NCBI GenBank assembly: GCA_050125095.1
Contig: JASFEA010000023.1
Location: 1-28,786 of the forward strand
Direction of reading: 5' to 3'
Length of the DNA stretch: 28,786 nt
DNA from: a bacterium
GTDB taxonomy: Bacteria > Arandabacterota > Arandabacteria > Arandabacterales > JALGWA01
The notes under the pieces were generated by a model, which saw nothing but the letters and a program-made list of their open reading frames with translations, searched no databases and was not told the origin of the DNA. Within the stretch, counting starts at the first letter, position 1. Each line of letters begins with the position of its first letter. This document shows positions 8,156 to 17,182 of this stretch, one piece after another. The translations under genes were made by a program, and so were the position numbers.

Positions 8156-9570
8156 TAGCAGGAAAGACCTTTATGAGGAAGGCATACAGGAGAGAGGATT
8201 TCGCGGGCCTCGATGTGGCCGTTGTCGGTCTGGGCGCTAGCGGTGTGGCGGCCTGCCGCGCACTCGATAAGGCCGGCGCCCGGGTCCGGGCGACCGACGC
8301 GAAAAGCGCCTCCGAGATGGCCCCGGCTCTCGCCGGGCTCGAGGCCCTGGGCGTTCGCCTGGAACTCGGCGCCAATTCGCCCGATTTCGCTCTGGGCTCG
8401 GCGCTCGTCGTGCTCTCGCCGGGCGTGCCGCTTGCGAATCCTGTGGTCGACCGGGCGCGCTCCGCCGGCGTGCCCGTGATAAGCGAGGTCGAGCTGGCGT
8501 ACTGCCTTACGGACGCCCGGGTCGTTGCAATCACCGGGACCAACGGCAAGACCACGACGACGAGCCTCATCGGCGCGATTCTAAAGACGAGGAGCGACAG
8601 GGTACATGTCTGCGGCAATATCGGGCTCCCCATAAGCAGCGTAGCGCCCGGTCTGGGTCGGGACGACATCCTGGTGGCGGAGATCTCGAGCTTCCAGCTC
8701 GACACATGCATCAGCTTCAGGCCGGAGGTCGGGGTTCTTCTCAATATCACGCCCGATCATCTCAACCGGTACGCCTCCTATGAGGACTACGTGGCTTCCA
8801 AGTCGCGGCTCTTCGCAAACCAGATACCAGAGGACTTCGCGGTAATCAACCATGACGACGAGGATTCAATGAGAGCCTCCGAAGGCGCGGAGGCGCATAG
8901 GCTCTATTTCAGTCTCAAAGAAAAAGTGACGGAAGGTGCATTCGTTCACGGAGGGCAGGTAGTTGTCAGGACCGATCGCAGAGAGAGGACTGTCTTCAAT
9001 GTAGACGCTCTCAAGATCAAAGGTCCGCACAACCTTGCCAATAGCCTTGCAGCTGTCCTGGCGGCTTCTGCCCTCGGTTTTGATGACGACGCCGTTCGCG
9101 AAGGAGTGGCGGGTTTCGAGGGGCTCGAGCACCGCTACGAGCCCGTGGCCGAAATCGACGGCGTTACTTATATAAACGACTCCAAGGCCACCAATGTGGA
9201 CTCGGTGCGGGTGGCCCTGGAGGCGGTAGCCCGGCCGGCGATACTCATAGCCGGCGGGCGCGACAAGGGCGGCGACTTCGAGGCCCTGAGGCCTCTCGTC
9301 GAAGCCAAGGTCAGCCTGCTGCTCGCAGTCGGCGAGGCGCGGGACACGCTCAGGAAGGTCTTCTCGGGAATCACCGAGGTGCGCGCCGCCGATACGCTCG
9401 AGAGCGCCGTACGGACGGCCGGGGATGAGGCCTCGCCGGGAACCACGGTGCTCCTGTCTCCAGGCTGCGCGAGCTTCGATATGTTCGCCGACTTCGAGGA
9501 GAGGGGAAGGGTGTTCAAGCGCGCGGTGCGCGATCTTGAAAAGACTCAGCCAGGCGTAGAGGGAACATGA
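8152..9570 (+). CDS. murD: UDP-N-acetylmuramoyl-L-alanine--D-glutamate ligase
   Basis: GLGASG, SPGVP, ITGTNGKTTTT, GNIG, EISSFQL, LNITPDHL, NDSKATN and LLSPGCASFDMF; ATGA overlap with mraY. Confidence 0.97.
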   Translation: MIAGKTFMRKAYRREDFAGLDVAVVGLGASGVAACRALDKAGARVRATDAKSASEMAPALAGLEALGVRLELGANSPDFALGSALVVLSPGVPLANPVVDRARSAGVPVISEVELAYCLTDARVVAITGTNGKTTTTSLIGAILKTRSDRVHVCGNIGLPISSVAPGLGRDDILVAEISSFQLDTCISFRPEVGVLLNITPDHLNRYASYEDYVASKSRLFANQIPEDFAVINHDDEDSMRASEGAEAHRLYFSLKEKVTEGAFVHGGQVVVRTDRRERTVFNVDALKIKGPHNLANSLAAVLAASALGFDDDAVREGVAGFEGLEHRYEPVAEIDGVTYINDSKATNVDSVRVALEAVARPAILIAGGRDKGGDFEALRPLVEAKVSLLLAVGEARDTLRKVFSGITEVRAADTLESAVRTAGDEASPGTTVLLSPGCASFDMFADFEERGRVFKRAVRDLEKTQPGVEGT

Positions 9571-10718
9571 GACGGATGGAGAACCACGGCGTTGACAGGA
9601 TGCTGCTCTTCACCATTCTGGCCATGAGCATCGTCGGGATTGTGATGGTATACAGCGCCTCCTATGACTTCGCCATAGAAGCGACCGAGTCCGAGGATGC
9701 CGGGCTCTTTCTGCGGCACCATATCATCCGTGTGATCCTCGGCTTCATTCTGCTCGTTCTCTTCATGAAGGTGAGGGAGGACGTCTTGAGGCGGCTCGCC
9801 GGGCCGGTACTCATCGCGGCCCTCGTTCTCCTGGGCCTGGTGCTCATACCGTCGCCCCTCAGGGTCGTGGTCAGGGGCTCGGCAAGGTGGCTCAGGCTGG
9901 GCTATTTCGTATTCCAGCCTTCGGAGCTGGCCAAGATAGCATTGATCCTGTACCTGGCCGATTTCATCACGCGCCGGGGCTACGAGATAAGGAAGTTCAG
10001 CCGGGGATTTCTGCCGGCTTTCATAGTAATCGGATCGGCTGTGGTGCTCGTTGCCGCCGAGCCCAATATCGGCACCGCCGCGATGCTGCTTCTCATAGGC
10101 ATCATCGTCCTTTTCGCGGGCGGAGCGCGAATAGAGCATCTGGGGCTCGGTCTCTCCGCGGCCCTGGCGTCGCTTATAGGCTTCATGTACGTGACGGGTC
10201 ACAACTGGGACAGGTTACTGGCGAAGCTGGGCGGCGCCGCGGACCAGGGCGTGAGCTACCAGGCCAGGCAGGCTGTCATCGCAATAGGCGCCGGAGGCTG
10301 GAGGGGTATGGGTCCCGGTATGGGAAATCAGAAATACCTCTTTGTGCCCGATGCGCATACGGACTTCATTCTCTCCATAACGGGAGAGGAAATCGGGTTC
10401 CTCGGGATCCTGGGCGTAACGGCCCTTTTCTTTGTTTTCGTCTGGCGCGGGCTGCGGGCGGCGAGAAGGGCGCCGTCCGTTTTCTCGTCGGTGGTGGCGA
10501 CCGGGGTGACGATGGCGGTAGCGACCTATTTCTGCGTGAACGCCGGAGTATGTACGGGCCTGTTGCCGACAATCGGCTTGCCAATACCCTTCTTGAGCTA
10601 CGGCGGCTCGTCCTCGCTCATCCTGCTGGCGTCATGCGGCATGTTGCTCGGGGTGAGCAAGCGTCAGAGCACATATGCGAAGATCGGGCCCGGGAGATTG
10701 GAAGGTCTGGCAAGATGA
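9567..10718 (+). CDS. ftsW: SEDS-family peptidoglycan glycosyltransferase FtsW
   Basis: GIVMVYSAS, ARWL, FQPSELAK, YQ, AHTDFI, GEEIG and PFLSYGGSS; position between murD and murG. Confidence 0.96.
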   Translation: MRRMENHGVDRMLLFTILAMSIVGIVMVYSASYDFAIEATESEDAGLFLRHHIIRVILGFILLVLFMKVREDVLRRLAGPVLIAALVLLGLVLIPSPLRVVVRGSARWLRLGYFVFQPSELAKIALILYLADFITRRGYEIRKFSRGFLPAFIVIGSAVVLVAAEPNIGTAAMLLLIGIIVLFAGGARIEHLGLGLSAALASLIGFMYVTGHNWDRLLAKLGGAADQGVSYQARQAVIAIGAGGWRGMGPGMGNQKYLFVPDAHTDFILSITGEEIGFLGILGVTALFFVFVWRGLRAARRAPSVFSSVVATGVTMAVATYFCVNAGVCTGLLPTIGLPIPFLSYGGSSSLILLASCGMLLGVSKRQSTYAKIGPGRLEGLAR

Positions 10719-11863
10719 AGATCATCGTAGCGGGCGGAGGGACCGGCGGCCACATTTATCCGGCCGTGGCGGTGATAGAGTCCCTGAAGGATTTGAACAA
10801 CTCCGTCGATGTCGTCTTCGTAGGCACCGGCCGGGGGCTCGAGACCGGCATAGTGCCGAAACTGGGCTACAGGATGTACAAGATAGCAGCCAGGCCCCTC
10901 CCGCGCAAGAGGGGCGCGGGCTTCATCATCCCGGCGCTCCTGGCCGGAGTGGGCATAATTCAGTCGATTCTCGTGCTTATCAAGGAGAGGCCTGACGCCG
11001 TAATCGGCACGGGCGGCTACGCCAGCGGGCCCTGCGTGCTCGCGGCATCCCTCGCCGGGACGCCGACGCTCTACATCGAGCCCAACCGCGTGCCGGGCAG
11101 GACCACCATGCTGCTTTCCAGATTCGTGGACGAAGTCGCGCTGGGTTTCAAGGAATGCGTTCGCTTCTTCAGGAAGGGAACCAACCTGAGGGTAACGGGG
11201 GTTCCCGTACGGCCCGGTATTCTTGAGATAGACAAGCGGGTCGGCGCGGGCCGGTTTGAGCTCGACCCGGGGCTCAAGACGGTGTTTGTCTTCGGCGGCA
11301 GCCGGGGCGCATCAAGCATAAACAGGGCCATAGTAGACGCCGTAAGGGTCCTGGGCGAGAGGGGCGACCTCCAGTTCATCATACAGACCGGGCACGCAGA
11401 TTACGAGTACGTCGAGAAGATGCTTGAGGGCGCCCACATACCCTGCAGGGTCTATCCCTACATAGAGGATATCGGTTACGCGTACGCCGCGAGCGACCTC
11501 GTCGTCTCAAGAGCGGGAGCGGTCACGCTCGCCGAGCTGACGGCGCTCGGGCTTCCCGCAGTGCTCGTGCCTTACCCCTACGCCACCGGCAGACATCAGG
11601 ACAGCAACGCGGTGGCGCTTGCCGAGAAGGAAGCGGCGATTGTCATGAACGACGACGAGCTCTCCGGCGAACGCCTGGCCGGGGCCATAGAACGAATAGT
11701 GTCCGACCCGCAGCGAATGGCCGCGATGGCGGCGGCCTCCGCCGGGCTCGGAAAGCCGGACGCTGCCAGCCAGATCGCGATGCGCCTTCTGGAGCTGGCG
11801 AGGAAGCAGGGCAGGTTGTCGAAACTCGGAACGGTGCTGAGTGACTTATGTTCGGTAAGGTAA
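10715..11863 (+). CDS. murG: Undecaprenyl-PP-MurNAc-pentapeptide GlcNAc transferase (start 10715, ATGA overlap with ftsW)
   Basis: MKIIVAGGGTGGHIYP, GTGGYASGP, FGGSRGA, SRAGAVTLAEL and PYPYATGRHQDSNA motifs. Confidence 0.97.
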   Translation: MKIIVAGGGTGGHIYPAVAVIESLKDLNNSVDVVFVGTGRGLETGIVPKLGYRMYKIAARPLPRKRGAGFIIPALLAGVGIIQSILVLIKERPDAVIGTGGYASGPCVLAASLAGTPTLYIEPNRVPGRTTMLLSRFVDEVALGFKECVRFFRKGTNLRVTGVPVRPGILEIDKRVGAGRFELDPGLKTVFVFGGSRGASSINRAIVDAVRVLGERGDLQFIIQTGHADYEYVEKMLEGAHIPCRVYPYIEDIGYAYAASDLVVSRAGAVTLAELTALGLPAVLVPYPYATGRHQDSNAVALAEKEAAIVMNDDELSGERLAGAIERIVSDPQRMAAMAAASAGLGKPDAASQIAMRLLELARKQGRLSKLGTVLSDLCSVR

Positions 11864-13218
11864 AACACATACATTTCGTGGGGATCGGCGGAACCGGGAT
11901 GAGCGGCATCGCCGAGCTCCTTCTCAACCTCGGCTACAGGGTCACGGGTTCCGACATTTCGGTGACTCCGGTCACCGAGCGCCTGGTGGCGCTGGGGGCT
12001 TCGATTGAGAAGGGGCATGACGCCGGGCATGTCGGGCAGCCCGATGTGGTCGTCTACTCGTCGGCGATAAAGCGGGACAACGCCGAGATCGCGGCGGCGA
12101 GGGGGAAAGGCATTCCGGTGATTCCCCGGGCCGAGATGCTCGCGGAGCTCATGCGCATGCGCCAGGGCATCGCCGTGGGGGGCGCGCACGGCAAGACCAC
12201 GACGACCTGGCTTGTGGGCCTTGTGATGGCTGCTGCGCGGCTCGATCCCACCATTATCGTGGGGGGGCGGCTCAAGGCCCTGGGGACGAACGCCAAGCTG
12301 GGAAGCGGTAACTACCTGGTCGCCGAGGCCGACGAGAGCGACGGCTCTTTCCTCAAGCTCTCGCCGACCATAGCCGTGATCACGACGGTGGATGAAGAGC
12401 ACCTGGACCATTATGTCAATCTCGACGCCATCAAAAAGGCGTTCATACAGTTCGCCAACAAGGTGCCCTTCTACGGGGCGGCTGTCGTCTGCCTGGACGA
12501 CGATTACGTGCAGTCCATATTGCCGCATATAGAGCGCCGCGTAATTACCTACGGATTCTCGCAGCAGGCCGACGTGCAGGCCAGGGACGTTGTGCAGGAA
12601 GGCACCGACGTCACCTTCAACGCGCTGCTGCAGGGCAAGAACATGGGCAGCGTTCTCATAAGGACCCCGGGCGAGTACAACGTCCTTAATTCGCTCGCGG
12701 CCATCGCGGTGGGTCTCGAGCTCGACATACCCTTCCAGGCCATAGGCGAGGGGCTCGCGCAGTTCTCAGGCATATCCCGGCGCCTAGAGGTCAAGGGGGA
12801 GGTGGACGGCGTTACCGTCGTCGACGACTACGCGCATCATCCCACCGAGCTCGCGGCCACGCTCGGCGCCATAAGGTCCACTTACGACAGGCGCATAGTC
12901 GCGGTATTCCAGCCGCATCGCTACACGCGCACCCACGCTCTGTGGGACAGGCTGGGGCGGAGCTTCTATGACGCCGACACGGTCATCGTGACCTCCATCT
13001 ATGCGGCCGGTGAGGCGCCCATCGAGGGGGTGAGCGGCGACCTCGTGGCCCAGGCGGCCGTCGACAGCGGTCACAGGGACGTCAAGTACATAGCGGAGAT
13101 GGATGAGGTCATCGATCACCTGGCCCGGACCGTGAGCGACGGCGACGTCGTGGTCACGCTGGGCGCGGGAAGCATATACAGGGCGGGGGAAACCCTGCTG
13201 GAGAGAATGAAAAAGTGA
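11848..13218 (+). CDS. murC: UDP-N-acetylmuramate--L-alanine ligase
   Basis: HFVGIGGTGMSGIA, RAEMLAELM, GAHGKTTTT, EADESDGSF, DDYAHHPTE and FQPHRYTRT motifs. Confidence 0.98.
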   Translation: MFGKVKHIHFVGIGGTGMSGIAELLLNLGYRVTGSDISVTPVTERLVALGASIEKGHDAGHVGQPDVVVYSSAIKRDNAEIAAARGKGIPVIPRAEMLAELMRMRQGIAVGGAHGKTTTTWLVGLVMAAARLDPTIIVGGRLKALGTNAKLGSGNYLVAEADESDGSFLKLSPTIAVITTVDEEHLDHYVNLDAIKKAFIQFANKVPFYGAAVVCLDDDYVQSILPHIERRVITYGFSQQADVQARDVVQEGTDVTFNALLQGKNMGSVLIRTPGEYNVLNSLAAIAVGLELDIPFQAIGEGLAQFSGISRRLEVKGEVDGVTVVDDYAHHPTELAATLGAIRSTYDRRIVAVFQPHRYTRTHALWDRLGRSFYDADTVIVTSIYAAGEAPIEGVSGDLVAQAAVDSGHRDVKYIAEMDEVIDHLARTVSDGDVVVTLGAGSIYRAGETLLERMKK

Positions 13219-14117
13219 GCGACATATACGAGAACATCGAGAATATGCCGGGAGTAGCCGTGAGAAAGGACGAGCTGCTTTCGCTGCACACTACTCTGGG
13301 CGTCGGGGGCCCCTGCGATCTCATGGTCTGGGTGTCCGAGGCGGACGCTCTGGTTGCCGTAATCGACATCGCGAAGAAGGAGGGTCTCCCCTTAATGATG
13401 CTCGGCAGCGGGTCCAACGTTCTGGTGAGGGACGGCGGTGTGGAGGGCATCGTGCTCCGCCTCGCCGGCGACTTCGCCAGGATCGAGATCGATTCGCCCC
13501 GCATAAGCGCGGGCGCAGCCGTGCATCTTGCAGAGGTGGTGAGCGCCGCCACGGCGGCCGGCGTCGGCGGGTTCGAGTTCCTCAGCGGGATACCCGGGAC
13601 GGTGGGGGGCGCGGTAGCCGGAAACGCCGGGAGCGCCGATGAGTGGATCTCCGAGCGGCTCACCGCGATATCGGCGCTTGACGGTGACCGCAACGCCGTC
13701 ACCGTGGCAGCCGACGAGATCGAGTTCGGCTACCGCTACGCGGCCGTTCCGGCGGGATACATAATAACCGGAGCACACATGAAGGGCTTCGCGACGGATG
13801 TTGAGAGCATAAGGCACATGGTGGAAGAGAGGCTGGAGGCGCGGAGGCTGGCGCAACCCATGGGAGAGCACACGGCCGGGTGCATTTTCAAGAATCCCCC
13901 TAACGGGCCGGCCGGCAAGCTCATAGACCAGGCGGGGCTCAAAGGTACAAGCGTGGGCGGCGCGCAGGTCTCGACCCTGCATGCCAATTATCTCATCAAC
14001 ACCGGGGGAGCGACTGCGAGGGAGATGCTGGAGCTCATCCAGGTCGTCCGCACGAGAGTCAAAGACTCTTACGGCGTCGACCTTGAGCTGGAGATAAAGA
14101 TAGTGGGACGAAATTGA
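13215..14117 (+). CDS. murB: UDP-N-acetylenolpyruvoylglucosamine reductase (type II)
   Basis: GSGSNVL, IPGTVGGAVAGNAG, FGYR, AGCIFKNP, HANYLIN and LELEIKIVG; 300 aa; GTGA overlap with murC. Confidence 0.96.
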   Translation: MSDIYENIENMPGVAVRKDELLSLHTTLGVGGPCDLMVWVSEADALVAVIDIAKKEGLPLMMLGSGSNVLVRDGGVEGIVLRLAGDFARIEIDSPRISAGAAVHLAEVVSAATAAGVGGFEFLSGIPGTVGGAVAGNAGSADEWISERLTAISALDGDRNAVTVAADEIEFGYRYAAVPAGYIITGAHMKGFATDVESIRHMVEERLEARRLAQPMGEHTAGCIFKNPPNGPAGKLIDQAGLKGTSVGGAQVSTLHANYLINTGGATAREMLELIQVVRTRVKDSYGVDLELEIKIVGRN

Positions 14118-14127
14118 GGGAGGAGAT

Positions 14128-14778
14128 TTGAAGCCTAATGCAGCCACATTGATCCTGGCCGCTCTGCTTGCGCTGGGACTGGCCGCTCATGAGAGCCGTC
14201 TTGTGCGGGCCGAGTTGGTTCCGAGGCTGGAGCCGCTCCGCCTCAGGCTCTCGGCGGCGCTCGATGGCTTCTGCGGCGCTGCGTCGGCGAGCATGGCGCG
14301 GGAGGGAGAAGAACATGTTCCGGGAGGAGTATTCGCAGCCGTGCCTTCAGGCGCCTTCGCCGCGGGCCTCGACCGGGACGGGTACGTTGCCTCCATCGAC
14401 TCGCTCGGGAAGTTCGAAGACGTCCCGATGCTCACCGGGTTCAGGCTGGGTTCGGTCGATCCCGGCGCATTCGCGTCCTCACCGCAGGCGATATTCGGCA
14501 TCACCGTCATCAAGGCATTCGACACGACGCCCGGGCTTGCGGGCCTGCTGGGAAGCGTCGATCTCAAGGACCTCGAGAACCCGCAGATCGTATTGAAGAG
14601 CGGCACCGTCGTGAGGCTCGGGGCCGGCAATTACGCTATCAAACTCGAGCGGCTCCGTGAAGTGCTGTGGCAGGCCGCTTATCTGGGAATGGAACCCGAA
14701 CTCATAGACTTGCGATTCCGCGGCCAGGTCGTCGTACGGCCCGGGACCATCGAACGCACAAAGGACAGGGGGGTGTGA
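14128..14778 (+). CDS. ftsQ: Atypical short FtsQ/DivIB-like cell division protein
   Basis: Directly upstream of ftsA; N-terminal hydrophobic helix, LDRDGYV...DVPMLTG segment and C-terminal IDLRFRGQVVVRP typical of the FtsQ C-terminal domain; no recognisable POTRA domain. Confidence 0.7.
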   Translation: MKPNAATLILAALLALGLAAHESRLVRAELVPRLEPLRLRLSAALDGFCGAASASMAREGEEHVPGGVFAAVPSGAFAAGLDRDGYVASIDSLGKFEDVPMLTGFRLGSVDPGAFASSPQAIFGITVIKAFDTTPGLAGLLGSVDLKDLENPQIVLKSGTVVRLGAGNYAIKLERLREVLWQAAYLGMEPELIDLRFRGQVVVRPGTIERTKDRGV

Positions 14779-14781
14779 GGC

Positions 14782-16017
14782 TTGGCAGTTCCGCACCGCA
14801 TAATGGGACTTGACCTCGGCACCACGAAAGTGACCGCCGTGATAGCGGAGGTGGACCCCGACGGGCTCGCGTCGATTTCGGGAGTCGGCACCAAGAAATG
14901 TGAGGGCCTCCGCAAGGGAGTAATCGTCGATATCGACAAGACAGTCCGTGCCGTCGAGGGCGCCGTGACGGAGGCCGAGATCATGGCGGGCTACTCACTG
15001 AATTCGGCTTACGTCAGCATCTCCGGCGACCACGTCAAGGGCATGAACTCAACCGGAGTGGTCGCGGTCTCGAAGCCCGACAAGGAAATCACCGACGACG
15101 ACGTCGACCGCGTGGTGGCGGCTTCGCGGGGGGTAGTTGTTCCCAATGACAGGCTCATACTGCATGTGATTCCGCAGGAGTTCCTGGTGGACGACCAGGA
15201 CGGTATCAGCCACCCGGTGGGCATGTCCGGCATAAGGCTCGAAGTCAAGACGCATATAATCACGGGGTCGGCGACCTGCGCCCAGAACGTCATAAAGTCC
15301 GTAAGGAGAGCAGGAATCGACATAGAGGAGCTCGTGCTCCAGTCGCTTGCGACGGGTTTCTCGCTGGTCTCCGATGAGGAGAGCAACCTCGGGGTGGCCG
15401 TCGTGGACATCGGCGGGGGCACCACCGACATTGCCGTCTTCAAGGACGGCGCGCTTCACCACACGGCGATTCTGGGCCTCGGCGGGCACAACATCACGAA
15501 TGACCTGGCGGTCGGCCTCCGCACGCCCCTGGCGCAGGCCGAGATCCTCAAGATACGCGACGGCTGCGCCAAGTCGGCCGGGATAGCGGAGGACGAGACC
15601 CTCGATATACCGGGAGTGCACGGGCGAAAGGCGAGGCACCTATCCAAAAAGGTGTTCGCGCAGATCATGGAATCGCGCATCGACGAGCTCCTCTACCTGG
15701 TAAGAAAACAGCTGGTCAAGTCGGATTACTACGAAGTCCTTGGAGCGGGCGTCATCCTGACTGGGGGCACCGCGCTCATTGACGGCATACTCGACTCTTC
15801 CGAAGAGGTCATATCCATGCCGACGCGTCTCGGGCTCCCCGAGGGGGTCGGCGGGCTGCAGGACTATGTTGACGATCCAAGAATGGCGACGTCTGTTGGT
15901 CTTATCCGCTATGCGGCGGACGCAATCGCGAAAGGAGGTGTTACCAGATCGGTCAAGGATGCGAAGTTCGGCGACATCGTAGGTAAGGTAAGAAGGTGGG
16001 TGAATACGTTTTTCTAA
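14782..16017 (+). CDS. ftsA: Cell division protein FtsA
   Basis: GLDLGTTKV, GLRKGVIVDID, HVIPQEFLVDDQ, PVGMSGIRLE, VDIGGGTTD, VILTGG and a C-terminal amphipathic helix (KVRRWVNTFF). Confidence 0.97.
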   Translation: MAVPHRIMGLDLGTTKVTAVIAEVDPDGLASISGVGTKKCEGLRKGVIVDIDKTVRAVEGAVTEAEIMAGYSLNSAYVSISGDHVKGMNSTGVVAVSKPDKEITDDDVDRVVAASRGVVVPNDRLILHVIPQEFLVDDQDGISHPVGMSGIRLEVKTHIITGSATCAQNVIKSVRRAGIDIEELVLQSLATGFSLVSDEESNLGVAVVDIGGGTTDIAVFKDGALHHTAILGLGGHNITNDLAVGLRTPLAQAEILKIRDGCAKSAGIAEDETLDIPGVHGRKARHLSKKVFAQIMESRIDELLYLVRKQLVKSDYYEVLGAGVILTGGTALIDGILDSSEEVISMPTRLGLPEGVGGLQDYVDDPRMATSVGLIRYAADAIAKGGVTRSVKDAKFGDIVGKVRRWVNTFF

Positions 16018-16030
16018 AGAGGTGACCAGA

Positions 16031-17173
16031 ATGATTCAATTCGAACCTGAAAGCGTGGAGAATGCAAAAATGAAAGTCATCGGTGTTGGTGGCGCCGGCG
16101 GGAACGCTATCAACCGGATGATGTTTTCGAATCTCACCGGAGTCGATTTTCTGGCGATGAACACCGACTGCCAGGCCCTGAGCCGGTGTTCAGCGCCTAT
16201 GAAGATCCAGATCGGAAGCATGGTAACTAGAGGGCTGGGTTCCGGCGGCGACCCCGAGATGGGGCGGGCCTCCGCCGAAGAGGACCGGGATGCCATAAGG
16301 GAAGCCGTAGAGGGGGCCGATATGGTCTTCATCACGGCCGGCATGGGCGGAGGCACCGGCACGGGCGCATGTCCCGTGGTAGCGGAGATCGCCAAGTCCG
16401 CGGGTGCGCTCACGGTGGGCATTGTCACCAAGCCTTTCCTCTTCGAGGGCATGCGGCGCATGAAGCAGGCCGAGGAAGGCGTGGCCGCGCTCAGGGAGCG
16501 GGCCGACACCGTGGTAATGATTCCCAACCAGAAGCTCCTCCAGGTGGTCTCCAAGGAGACACCGCTCATCGACGCTTTTGCGACGGCCGATGACGTTCTT
16601 CTTAAGGCGACGAGGGGGATATCCGACCTTATTACGAGGCCCGGCGAGATCAATCTTGACTTCGCGGATGTCAGGACGGTAATGGGGGAGATGGGTGACG
16701 CCATTCTCGGCACCGGAACGGCCACGGGTGAGAATCGCGCGCGAGAGGCGGCCAACAGGGCGCTTCACAGCCCGCTTCTTGACGATGTCTGCATCGCCGG
16801 GGCGAGAGGGCTCCTCATCAATGTGACGGGCAGCCCGGGAATGACACTGGCCGAGGTATGCGAAGCCGCGAACAGCGTCTATGAGGCCGCGGGTGCGGAT
16901 GCCAACGTCATCTTCGGCACGGCCATCGACGAGATGCTGAATGACGAGGTCATGGTCACCGTCATCGCGACGGGAATCGGCGACATGCCCCCCAGGAGGG
17001 AATCCAAAGAAGCCGAGAAGACAGCCGAAGTCAAGGAGGGCGGCAGGATCTTCCAGAGGGCGTTCAGAAAGCGCGAGACCGTCGAAGTGAGAGCGGCCGC
17101 CGATGTCATACCGGATAGTCCGCTGGACATTGATTACGAGACCCCGACTTTTCTGAGGAGGCATGCCGACTAG
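16031..17173 (+). CDS. ftsZ: Cell division protein FtsZ (ATG 16031 preferred over GTG 16022 on SD spacing)
   Basis: KVIGVGGAGGNA, NTD, tubulin motif GMGGGTGTG, PFLFEG, T7 loop INLDFAD and C-terminal peptide ETPTFLRR. Confidence 0.99.
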   Translation: MIQFEPESVENAKMKVIGVGGAGGNAINRMMFSNLTGVDFLAMNTDCQALSRCSAPMKIQIGSMVTRGLGSGGDPEMGRASAEEDRDAIREAVEGADMVFITAGMGGGTGTGACPVVAEIAKSAGALTVGIVTKPFLFEGMRRMKQAEEGVAALRERADTVVMIPNQKLLQVVSKETPLIDAFATADDVLLKATRGISDLITRPGEINLDFADVRTVMGEMGDAILGTGTATGENRAREAANRALHSPLLDDVCIAGARGLLINVTGSPGMTLAEVCEAANSVYEAAGADANVIFGTAIDEMLNDEVMVTVIATGIGDMPPRRESKEAEKTAEVKEGGRIFQRAFRKRETVEVRAAADVIPDSPLDIDYETPTFLRRHAD

Positions 17174-17182
17174 GAGATAGCA

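Noticed and set aside
9887..10714. 276-codon N-terminal extension of MurG or an FtsW-MurG fusion
   Set aside because: It overlaps ftsW in another frame and has no recognisable motifs. MurG homology starts at ATG 10715, with a standard ATGA overlap.
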